Shown: piece by piece, positions 1 through 8,006 of the stretch | Numbering within the stretch: position 1 is the first letter of the stretch | Layout of the letters: each line of letters starts with the position of its first letter | DNA from: a bacterium BMS3Abin06 | Lineage (GTDB): Bacteria > Nitrospirota > Thermodesulfovibrionia > UBA6902 | Assembly: GCA_002897895.1 (NCBI GenBank) | Contig: BDSY01000058.1 | Coordinates: forward strand, 40,109 to 104,108 | Direction of reading: 5' to 3' | Length of the DNA: 64,000 nt | Position numbers and translations under genes: made by a program | Notes under the pieces: model-generated | Told to the model about the DNA's origin: nothing | What the model saw: only the letters and a program-made list of their open reading frames with translations | The model's database searches: none

Positions 1-1399
1 AGCGTTCAGGAAGCCTGTTTTTCCTCCAGACATTATACCAGCCTCTCGGGGCTATTCCTGTAACGTATTCGTTGTCATTAAAATCAAAAGGCTCCGGATG
101 ATATTTCAAATAATATTCGAGTTCATACTGCGCAAAGGAATGTACATAAATAATATCCCCCTCCTGCCAGTTGGTTTTAATATAACTCAGCACAGGCCTG
201 ATTTCCGATCGGATTAAGGGCTTTTTCAGGTGATATGCAGCCCATGATACCGGGTAAATGAAGAGCAAACCCATGAATATGGCACCGAATATCACCGAGC
301 TTTTACTGATTTTATCTCTTATATACTCTGCGCCTTCCGAGATGATGAGTAAAAACATCGGTGCAAGGAATAATATCTGCCTGCCTTTAAATGGGTACTG
401 ATGCATTGCTGCCGCCAACAGGGTGAGAAGCACGGGGAATATAAGGAGATAAAACTTTTCTCTTTTCTCAGAAAACATTGTGACACACCCGGCAAGAAAG
501 GCAAAAGCCATAATACCGCTTAAGGTAACCCTCTTAACATATATAACGGAATCCTGGAAAAGAAAGGTATCAAAAAAGGCGTCAATAAACCATTTAATAT
601 CCATCAGCGATTTTGGAGGAAAAGGCATAAAATATTTTTCCATTACGAATGCCTTTTCCATACTCATATTCCCGGCCATCTCGGCAGTCAAACCGCTGAG
701 GTAAACAAGATAAACAGCAATAAAACTTAATGCCCAGACCGTGCATACAATTAAAATACGCCTGAGCCTTGACCATTCTTTTTTCTTTAAACAGGAGACG
801 AACAGAGCTGTTCCAACACCTCCGAGCACGAACACTGAAGGGTTTGAAGACAACACTGCAATTGCTCCGGCAAGTACAAGGATTATGATATGCCGGGTGT
901 CCGGTTTTTTTGATTGAATGGTTGTTAAAGCTAAAGTTAAAATTAACAGGGCAAACGCAATGTCTCCGGAATATGGTTTCAGTTCCGATGAATAAAAAAT
1001 GAGAGGGTCTAAGACGGCAAAAAGTGCGAGAGCAACAGGTACGGCCCCCGGGCTGACAATCTCTTTTGCCACCTTGTAAAACAGAAACAGGGATGCTATC
1101 CCGAACAAAAGAGGTACCAGCCTTAATGCGTATTCGCTGTTGCCGAACAATTGAACAGCGAGTTTTGACAATATATAAAAGCTCAACGGGCCTGTCTGGG
1201 TGTAATCCGGAGAGGGATTAATAAAGTCTGTTATCGGCCTGTTAATAATGTCCACAGCGATTACGGACTCGTCAAACCATAATGAAGTGTTATACAGGTA
1301 TCTGACGATGCGAAGCGCTATGCCGATGCAGATAATAATCCATGGGAATTTTTTAGAGTTATATATCTGACTTAATGCCTGGGATATTCCGCCTCTCAT
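1..1399 (-). CDS. Polytopic membrane glycosyltransferase, ArnT/PMT-like (GT39/GT83-like), C-terminus beyond window start (partial)
   Basis: Manual reverse-strand translation from ATG at 1399 (SD AAGGAG upstream) reads without stops to position 1 as MRGGISQALSQIYNSKKFPWIIICIGIALRIV.... It has many hydrophobic helices. It is absent from the ORF track, probably because no stop lies in the window. Confidence 0.5.
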   Translation of the reverse strand, partial: MRGGISQALSQIYNSKKFPWIIICIGIALRIVRYLYNTSLWFDESVIAVDIINRPITDFINPSPDYTQTGPLSFYILSKLAVQLFGNSEYALRLVPLLFGIASLFLFYKVAKEIVSPGAVPVALALFAVLDPLIFYSSELKPYSGDIAFALLILTLALTTIQSKKPDTRHIIILVLAGAIAVLSSNPSVFVLGGVGTALFVSCLKKKEWSRLRRILIVCTVWALSFIAVYLVYLSGLTAEMAGNMSMEKAFVMEKYFMPFPPKSLMDIKWFIDAFFDTFLFQDSVIYVKRVTLSGIMAFAFLAGCVTMFSEKREKFYLLIFPVLLTLLAAAMHQYPFKGRQILFLAPMFLLIISEGAEYIRDKISKSSVIFGAIFMGLLFIYPVSWAAYHLKKPLIRSEIRPVLSYIKTNWQEGDIIYVHSFAQYELEYYLKYHPEPFDFNDNEYVTGIAPRGWYNVWRKNRLPER

Positions 1400-1574
1400 C
1401 TATAACAAGGATACTCCTTAATTTAATATGAATCAGACAACTGTCCGGGTCGCCCCCTTTGGAAAAGTCTGCAAACATTGCAACAGAGCCGCTCATAAAT
1501 AACGGTTAGCAGCTTAACTGTTATGTTATTATAACATAACGTTTTTTTAAGAGTAATCAATACAGGAGCATATT

Positions 1575-3470
1575 ATGTGCGGCATAGCAGGGGCTTTTTA
1601 TTACAAAAAAAATCTTCCGGTCTCTAAGGAACTGCTAAAGAGAATGAGTGATGAGATTATACATCGCGGGCCGGACGATGAAGGTTTTTACCTCAAGGGG
1701 AATATTGGTCTCGCCTTCCGGAGACTCAGTATTATTGACCTCAATACAGGCAACCAGCCGATTCATAATGAAGACAAATCGGTCCGGGTTGTTTTTAACG
1801 GTGAAATCTACAATTATGTGGAATTAAGGGAAGACCTCAAAAGCCGGGGACATTCTTTCTATACCGGATCGGATACAGAGGTTATAGTTCATTTATACGA
1901 GGAATATGGAGCGGATTTTCCTCTTTACCTGAATGGAATGTACGGCATAGCACTGTGGGATGAAAAAAAGAAGGCGCTTTTCCTTGTGCGGGACAGGCCG
2001 GGAATTAAACCCCTTTACTATGCTGAAACAGATTCCGGGCTGTTGTTTGCATCTGAAATAAAGGCATTGTTAAAAGGGGGCGTCAGCCGGGTTCCGGATC
2101 ACGAGGCCATAAACCGGTACTTGTCCTATGGGTATATACCCTCACCCCTGACCGGATTCAGGGCAATCAGAAAACTTAATGCCGGACATATGCTGATATG
2201 CTCCAACAAAACCTGCGTGGAAAAAGAATTCTGGGATTTAACGGATAAAAGCTTCTCAAGTGAAGATATCAGTGAAGATGAGATAACAGGCCTTTTAATT
2301 GATGAACTAAAAGAAGTCCTCTACAGGCAAACGAGAAGCGATGTGCCTCTGGGCATATTCTTGAGCGGGGGAATAGACTCATCTCTGGTCGCATCAGTAG
2401 CAGCAGAAAAATGCAACCTGAAACTTAATGCATTTACAATAGGATTCAAAGAAGAATCTTATAATGAAACGGGCAATGCTAAAATTGTTGCAGAGAGGCT
2501 CGGGCTTCCTTTAAACGAATTTATCTTATCAGAAAGTGAAATCTTTAAAGAAATAGAGCATATAATGTCTTTTCTCGATGAACCTCTTTTCGACTATTCA
2601 GCGATCCCTGTATATTTCATTTCAAAACTGGCCAGTCTTAGTGTTAAAACAGTTATAGGCGGTGAAGGTGGGGATGAGCTGTTTGGCGGATATCAGACTC
2701 ATTATCTCCACAGAATAGCAGAGTGGTACAGGAAAGTACCCCGGTTAATGCGCAATGGTTTAAAAGCGGCTGTTAACAAGCTGCCGGAATCACACAATTA
2801 TCTCAGCCTGCCTTATAAGCTCAAGAGATTTACTTATGGCGCTGAATTCCCTTATGACTCGGCTCATTATCGATGGAAAGTGCTTTTTGATGCGGATGAA
2901 AAGAAAAAGTTGTTAAGTGACGATTTTGTGCAGGACATATCCGATTTGGAACCTTTCCATGCAATGGGTAAATATTTCGAAAAAGCACAAAAGAGAGATT
3001 ACAGTATCGGGGAGCAACTGATGTATGTTGATTTCAAGACTTTTCTGCAGGATGACCCGTTACAGAAAACAGACAGGATGAGTATGGCAAACAGTCTGGA
3101 GGTCAGGGTGCCTCTTTTGGACAATGCTATAATCGATTTTTCCCGAAAAGTTTCCCTGAACAAAAAGATAAAAGGTTTCCAAACGAAATATTTACTTCGG
3201 AAAGCATTGTCAAGGTTTCAACCGGCTGAGATAGCCTTTGGAAAGAAAAGGGGTTTTACCCCTCCGGTAGCTTTATGGATCAAAAACGGATTAAAAGACT
3301 ACATGCTTTCTTCTCTCTCTCCTGAAGCCGTTTCAAACGTGGGATTTTTAAGACATGCTTATGTAACTGAAATAATCGATGATCATCTGAACGGCAGGGC
3401 CGAAAACAGCAGGTTGATTTGGGCATTGATTGTGCTGGTAAACTGGCACCGGAATTATGTTGCCGGATAG
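1575..3470 (+). CDS. asnB: Asparagine synthetase (glutamine-hydrolysing)
   Basis: N-terminal MCGIAG class-II amidotransferase nucleophile motif and SGGIDSS PP-loop; 631 aa. Confidence 0.85.
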   Translation: MCGIAGAFYYKKNLPVSKELLKRMSDEIIHRGPDDEGFYLKGNIGLAFRRLSIIDLNTGNQPIHNEDKSVRVVFNGEIYNYVELREDLKSRGHSFYTGSDTEVIVHLYEEYGADFPLYLNGMYGIALWDEKKKALFLVRDRPGIKPLYYAETDSGLLFASEIKALLKGGVSRVPDHEAINRYLSYGYIPSPLTGFRAIRKLNAGHMLICSNKTCVEKEFWDLTDKSFSSEDISEDEITGLLIDELKEVLYRQTRSDVPLGIFLSGGIDSSLVASVAAEKCNLKLNAFTIGFKEESYNETGNAKIVAERLGLPLNEFILSESEIFKEIEHIMSFLDEPLFDYSAIPVYFISKLASLSVKTVIGGEGGDELFGGYQTHYLHRIAEWYRKVPRLMRNGLKAAVNKLPESHNYLSLPYKLKRFTYGAEFPYDSAHYRWKVLFDADEKKKLLSDDFVQDISDLEPFHAMGKYFEKAQKRDYSIGEQLMYVDFKTFLQDDPLQKTDRMSMANSLEVRVPLLDNAIIDFSRKVSLNKKIKGFQTKYLLRKALSRFQPAEIAFGKKRGFTPPVALWIKNGLKDYMLSSLSPEAVSNVGFLRHAYVTEIIDDHLNGRAENSRLIWALIVLVNWHRNYVAG

Positions 3471-3592
3471 ACTGACATCAGACCTCAATTTTTAGCTGAA
3501 CGAATTGAAGATGAGCTTGAAACCATAAAAGTATAAGTCACTATATCTCATGCAACTCTTCTCTGTTGAATTTTCTTATTTACGCCCTGAAA

Positions 3593-5080
3593 TCAAAAGG
3601 GCAGCTTGACCGGCAGTGATCCTTTAAAATTCCTTTCACCTTTTAAACATTTGATAACAGATACTTGTGCCTGTTTACTTGTATCGTATGCTGCAATGAG
3701 CAAATCCGCCTTCGGGAAATGTCCGAGCACGTAAGGACTCCCAAAGGATATCACGATTGAATTGCGGGAATTTTTTATAAGTTTCCGGATGATATTTATT
3801 TCATCGTCCCTGATACCTGAACTCCCTCCCCATGCAGCGATACTGGTGAAGAGGGCAAAGACGACTGTTTTCCGGAGAGACTCTTTTTCAGAGTCTTTGA
3901 TCCTGATATGTCCGGATATGAAATTTTTCAGAGTGGATAAGTCATGCTTGTTTTCATCAGCGGCAAATGCAAGAGAAAGACCCTGAGTATTTTTGATCGG
4001 CAGCACTCCGGGGGAGTCTTTCACAAGTGTGACGGACTTATCGGAAATTCTTTCGGAAAGCCCGGCATGTTCCTGATAATTAATTCCGGATTTTCGGATA
4101 TTTTTTATCTTTGATTTATATTTCAGAATTCTTTCCACGGCAGTGTCTATCGTCCCCTCATCAATCTTCCCTGATGCAACGGCCTGTTTAAGTTCTTCAA
4201 CAACCGAATCAGCATCTGCCGGATGAAGGAGGATGTCGCCCCCTGCATTTATGCACATTGCCGGGACATTTTCATATTCATTCAGGGCATGCATGTTCAG
4301 CGCATCCGTAAGAACAAGACCTTCATATCCCAAATCCGTTCTTAACAGGCCGGTTATCACTTTTTTTGAAAGAGAGGCAGGAAGTTCATCAATTGCCGGG
4401 ATGCTGAGGTGTCCGGTCATAATACTGCCGGCACCTGCTTTTACGGCTTCCCTGAAGGGGAATATATCCGTATTCATCAGCTCGTCAAAAGATTTGGAAA
4501 TAACGGGGAGGGCTATGTGGGAATCAATGGCTGTGTCGCCGTGTCCGGGGAAATGTTTGGCACAGCTTATCAGCCCTGCATCTTCAATGGTCTTTATGTA
4601 TGTTTTGCCGTACCATGAAACATTTTCCTGATTGTCGGAAAATGCCCTTGTACAGATTATCGGATTGTCGGGATTCCTGTTCACATCCATGACCGGTATG
4701 AGCGGCATATTGATTCCGATATCAATCGCTTCATGAGAAACAGCATTAATTACATCTTCGAGAATTTCCACGTCTGAGGAATTATTTTTATTGATTGCTG
4801 CGGCTACAGCCATCTGGCAGGGGAAATGAGTAGCTCCGTCTATTTGCTGTCCCACGCCCCGCTCTATATCGGATGCAATAAACAGGGGTGTTTCTGATAC
4901 AGACTGAAGTTTATTAATGAAAGTTTTTACTTCATTCCTTTTACCGCCAAACAGGATGAACCCTCCGATACCTTTTCGAACAAGTTCAGAAGCCCGCTCC
5001 TGATACTGAATTGAAGAGAGTTTTTCTCCATCAAGTCTGCTTATGATAAGTTGCCAGAGTTTTTGCTCAAGGCCGGACAT
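3593..5080 (-). CDS. Glycoside hydrolase family 3 protein (NagZ-like beta-N-acetylhexosaminidase / beta-glucosidase-like)
   Basis: KHFPGHGDT motif and GH3 N-terminal fold signature; 495 aa. Its first 144 nt lie inside direct-repeat copy 1. Confidence 0.7.
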   Translation of the reverse strand: MSGLEQKLWQLIISRLDGEKLSSIQYQERASELVRKGIGGFILFGGKRNEVKTFINKLQSVSETPLFIASDIERGVGQQIDGATHFPCQMAVAAAINKNNSSDVEILEDVINAVSHEAIDIGINMPLIPVMDVNRNPDNPIICTRAFSDNQENVSWYGKTYIKTIEDAGLISCAKHFPGHGDTAIDSHIALPVISKSFDELMNTDIFPFREAVKAGAGSIMTGHLSIPAIDELPASLSKKVITGLLRTDLGYEGLVLTDALNMHALNEYENVPAMCINAGGDILLHPADADSVVEELKQAVASGKIDEGTIDTAVERILKYKSKIKNIRKSGINYQEHAGLSERISDKSVTLVKDSPGVLPIKNTQGLSLAFAADENKHDLSTLKNFISGHIRIKDSEKESLRKTVVFALFTSIAAWGGSSGIRDDEINIIRKLIKNSRNSIVISFGSPYVLGHFPKADLLIAAYDTSKQAQVSVIKCLKGERNFKGSLPVKLPF

Positions 5081-5205
5081 AGAACATTATAAACTACTTT
5101 ACTGCTAAAACTCCTTGAGCCGCAGGGCATCTTTTAATGCCGGCAACATCCTTTTTACGCAGGCCCGCCCTTCTTCAATGGCTTCTGACGCCCGATCGAA
5201 TTCGA
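4937..5205. repeat. 269-bp direct repeat, copy 1 (left boundary of island)
   Basis: Identical by eye to 16003..16271. Contains the 5' end of the GH3 gene plus the native patatin/GH3 intergenic junction. Confidence 0.9.
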
Positions 5206-5223
5206 AGCGCACAAAAAAACTCT

Positions 5224-5270
5224 TGACTTTTGGCTTCCAAAAAGTGTATAAGTATAGTATAATATACTTA
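5224..5270 (+). promoter_or_regulatory. Sigma70-like promoter (TTGACT-17-TATAAG) overlapping palindrome TAAGTATA-N6-TATACTTA upstream of the ArsR-family gene
   Basis: -35 at 5224..5229, -10 at 5247..5252, inverted repeat at 5249..5270. This layout is typical of an autoregulated repressor operator. Confidence 0.5.
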
Positions 5271-5280
5271 AGGAGTAAAA

Positions 5281-5676
5281 ATGAAAGTTGAGGCCGAGTC
5301 TTTTAAGGTTCTTTCGGTAGAAACCAGAATAAAGATTATTGAAATGCTAAAGGCAGGGCCACTCCCTGTGAATACAATAACAGAAGCATTAGGGATTAGC
5401 CAATCAGCAGTATCACAGCATCTTCGCGTGCTAAAGCAAGCCGGTTTAGTTACAGACGAAAGAAGAGGTTATCACATCTTCTATTCATTGAATAAAGATA
5501 AACTCGACAAGTACCAACAGGAACTACTAAAGGTCTGCACATGTGGCTGCAAACTTGCCAAGAGAAAACAGATTTCCGAGACAAGAGAGGCGCTGTTAGA
5601 ATATAAAAAAAGACTTGAAAAAGAAATAAAAGATGTGGGAAAAAGAATCAGGGACCTCGAAAAAGCGGCAGGGTAA
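5281..5676 (+). CDS. ArsR/SmtB-family transcriptional regulator with C-terminal CTCGC motif and coiled-coil tail
   Basis: Winged-HTH signature TITEALGISQSAVSQHLRVLKQAGLV, followed by KVCTCGCKL and a charged heptad-like tail. Confidence 0.75.
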   Translation: MKVEAESFKVLSVETRIKIIEMLKAGPLPVNTITEALGISQSAVSQHLRVLKQAGLVTDERRGYHIFYSLNKDKLDKYQQELLKVCTCGCKLAKRKQISETREALLEYKKRLEKEIKDVGKRIRDLEKAAG

Positions 5677-5698
5677 CCTTATATTTTTTCTTTTTAAT

Positions 5699-5722
5699 TT
5701 AAGTATATGCTAATACACTTAA
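5699..5722 (+). promoter_or_regulatory. Palindromic operator-like motif TTAAGT-N12-ACTTAA immediately upstream of the peptide-1 RBS
   Basis: TTAAGTATATGCTAATACACTTAA. The same architecture recurs at 12547..12570. Confidence 0.5.
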
Positions 5723-5734
5723 AGGAGGTGGCCT

Positions 5735-5929
5735 ATGTGCCAGGGGGGCATAGCTATAAGTCTAAAAAATAATAATTGTGGTTGTGAAGCGAAATTTGAG
5801 GAGAGAATTATAGGCAAGGAGGATCTGCTTACACGGTTAAATGAATATAAAAGAAATTTAGAATCGGAACTTGTAATAGTCAATAGCAAGTTAGAATCAG
5901 CGTCTTCCGCCGAGAAAGGAGGTGAGTAA
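5735..5929 (+). CDS. Small protein (64 aa) with NCGCE motif and a coiled-coil tail resembling the ArsR C-terminus
   Basis: Strong SD AAAGGAGGTG. MCQGGIAISLKNNNCGCEAKFEE...LNEYKRNLESEL. Its stop overlaps the SD of the next gene. Confidence 0.5.
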   Translation: MCQGGIAISLKNNNCGCEAKFEERIIGKEDLLTRLNEYKRNLESELVIVNSKLESASSAEKGGE

Positions 5930-5931
5930 GC

Positions 5932-6051
5932 ATGGCAGATACAAAAAAGGATACCAAGAAAAACGGAACATTAGGCAATGTTGTAAAAGAAATTAAGACA
6001 TCTAATTGCGGATGCGGTTGTGGTTGTATCCCTCCGCCATTCAAAAAATAA
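5932..6051 (+). CDS. Cys-Gly-repeat micro-protein (39 aa): MADTKKDTKKNGTLGNVVKEIKTSNCGCGCGCIPPPFKK
   Basis: Perfect SD AAAGGAGGTGA six nt upstream and a strong terminator downstream. A paralogue sits at 12643..12756. It is not in the ORF track because it is too short. Confidence 0.6.
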   Translation: MADTKKDTKKNGTLGNVVKEIKTSNCGCGCGCIPPPFKK

Positions 6052-6060
6052 CAGAGGACT

Positions 6061-6098
6061 TTGTGGGGAAGAGAATTCTCTTCCCCACAAAATTTTTT
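6061..6098 (+). terminator. Rho-independent terminator (15-bp perfect stem TTGTGGGGAAGAGAA/TTCTCTTCCCCACAA followed by a T-run)
   Basis: Read directly from the sequence. It lies between the peptide gene and the MoaD-like gene. Confidence 0.8.
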
Positions 6099-6112
6099 AT
6101 TGAGGAAATAAA

Positions 6113-6385
6113 ATGAAAATTAAACTTTATGCCAATCTGCGTGATATTGTCGGAAAAGATGAATTAGAAATGGAACTAAAAGAACCCGTTTCGCTCATTG
6201 AGTTTTTGAGAAATATTTCTAATGATTATGGAGAAAAAATGAGGAAATTCTTATTCAAAGAAACAAATGAAATTGCAGAATCTCTAATTATATCTATTAA
6301 TGGCGAAGTCATTAAGGAAAATAAATCTATTTTCTTATCAAATAAAGATGAGCTATCAATCTTATTACCTTTAGCGGGGGGATAA
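6113..6385 (+). CDS. MoaD/ThiS-like ubiquitin-fold sulfur-carrier protein (ends in Gly-Gly)
   Basis: 90 aa with a C-terminal ...LLPLAGG. The pattern is MoaD-like. Confidence 0.65.
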   Translation: MKIKLYANLRDIVGKDELEMELKEPVSLIEFLRNISNDYGEKMRKFLFKETNEIAESLIISINGEVIKENKSIFLSNKDELSILLPLAGG

Positions 6386-6661
6386 TTGCAACGGATTGAA
6401 CATGTTATAGCTGAGATTGACCAATGTACAGGCTGTAATATGTGCACGTTAGCCTGTTCCATGGCACAAAAAGGGGCATTTAATCCAAGATACTCTAAGA
6501 TAAAGGTTCATCAAGAATTGATAGGCCTTGTTACAAAGATAGAATTTATTGAACAATGCGATATGAGTCTTTTAAGCCAATGTAATTTGATAGATTCTGA
6601 GCCGCTTTGTACTAAATATTGCATTTTTGATGCAATTAAATTTAAAAAAGTGGAGGATTAA
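6386..6661 (+). CDS. Small Cys-rich 4Fe-4S ferredoxin-like protein
   Basis: CTGCNMCTLAC (CxxCxxCxxxC) plus four further Cys. TTG start directly after the MoaD-like stop. Confidence 0.4.
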   Translation: MQRIEHVIAEIDQCTGCNMCTLACSMAQKGAFNPRYSKIKVHQELIGLVTKIEFIEQCDMSLLSQCNLIDSEPLCTKYCIFDAIKFKKVED

Positions 6662-6662
6662 A

Positions 6663-8006
6663 ATGAGTAATATTTTATTAATACGGCCTCATCCGGTAGT
6701 AGATGATACTAAAAATTTTCCTACCGAATCGCCTCCAATTGGTATAATCTCTCTTGGAAGTTTCCTGCGATCTAAGGGTATGGATGTCAAAGCCATTGAT
6801 TTATGCACTGACCCACAAACAGATATTGTTTCTGAAATCTTAAAAATTAAACCTGATATTGTTGGTATATCATCAATGACTTGCGACTTCCCCTCTGCCT
6901 TGAAAATTGTTGATCAAATCAAGCGACATTTTGATATTCCGACAGTTTTAGGAGGAGCACATCCAACTATATTTCCCAAGGAAGTTCTACAGAATCCCTC
7001 TATAGATTACGTAATAATTGGTGAAGGAGAATATGCCTTTCATGAGCTTATAATCGCGCTTAAGAATGATAAAGCATTCAGTGAAATAGCCTCTTTAGGT
7101 TACAAAGAGAATGGGTCGATTTTTACAAACCCGCGAAGACCATTTATTGATATTAATACTCTGCCCTTCCCTGATTACAGTTTCCTTGATAATGAGAAAT
7201 ACATTGATTTTGGAGAAAGATATCTTGGTTTTAGACACTTAGTAGCTGTTATCAGCAGGGGATGCACTAACAGATGTTCCTTTTGCGCTCAGCATCAGGT
7301 CTGGGGCAACCAGTTTAGATTCTTTTCTCCTGAGAGGGTGGTCTCTGAATTGAAAAGGTTGATGCAGGAATATAATGTTGAAGGCTTTTGGTTTAAGGAT
7401 AGCGTCCTCACAGTTAAAAACTGGACAATTCCATTTTGTGAGGAGATAAGCAGGCAAAAATTGAATGTTAAATGGGCGTGTTTAGCAAGGGTGGATCAGG
7501 TAGATAAAGAACTTATTAAAAGTATGAAGAAAGCCGGTTTAGTAAAATTATGGATAGGTGCAGAATCTGCTTCCGATAGAATTCTTCAGTTACTCAATAA
7601 ATGGATTACAGTGGATCAGACACGAAAAGCTTTTCGTATATGTAAAGACGAGTGTGTTGATACTGCAGCCTTTTTTATGTTTGGCCTCCCAACAGAAACA
7701 GTAGATGAGATGGAGTTAACCTTTGAGTTGATCCGTGAAACGAACCCTAAGCCATTGCATTTGGCAATTTATCACCCATTGCCAGGAACAGAATTGTACG
7801 AAAAATACAATGGGGCAGATGTCATAAAACATGCAAATCCCAGAGAGTTAGTCTTTGACATGGCCTGTATGTCAACAGGACCTGTGAGTAAAGAACTTGT
7901 TCAGGAGATATACGATAGCATTTGTAACTACTTCATCAAGAATGGCTCAAAACCTGACTTTAAAGAATTTAAGAGAATAGCCTCATTTCAGGAAGCGAGG
8001 GTTTAA
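6663..8006 (+). CDS. B12-binding-domain radical SAM enzyme (class B rSAM)
   Basis: N-terminal Rossmann-like B12-binding domain, then CTNRCSFC (CxxxCxxC). No SPASM-type C-terminal Cys cluster is visible. The start is chosen at the ATG after SD GGAGGA rather than the track's 6627. Confidence 0.7.
   Translation: MSNILLIRPHPVVDDTKNFPTESPPIGIISLGSFLRSKGMDVKAIDLCTDPQTDIVSEILKIKPDIVGISSMTCDFPSALKIVDQIKRHFDIPTVLGGAHPTIFPKEVLQNPSIDYVIIGEGEYAFHELIIALKNDKAFSEIASLGYKENGSIFTNPRRPFIDINTLPFPDYSFLDNEKYIDFGERYLGFRHLVAVISRGCTNRCSFCAQHQVWGNQFRFFSPERVVSELKRLMQEYNVEGFWFKDSVLTVKNWTIPFCEEISRQKLNVKWACLARVDQVDKELIKSMKKAGLVKLWIGAESASDRILQLLNKWITVDQTRKAFRICKDECVDTAAFFMFGLPTETVDEMELTFELIRETNPKPLHLAIYHPLPGTELYEKYNGADVIKHANPRELVFDMACMSTGPVSKELVQEIYDSICNYFIKNGSKPDFKEFKRIASFQEARV

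Noticed and set aside
319-776. Small ORFs 319..504(-), 480..704(+), 594..776(-)
   Set aside because: They fall inside or antisense to the long minus-strand membrane glycosyltransferase reading frame that runs 1399..1.
5932-6051. Cys-Gly peptides as SCIFF/ranthipeptide precursors
   Set aside because: The adjacent radical SAM enzyme has a B12-binding domain and no visible SPASM Cys cluster. The peptides lack the SCIFF core pattern. Noted only as a loose analogy.
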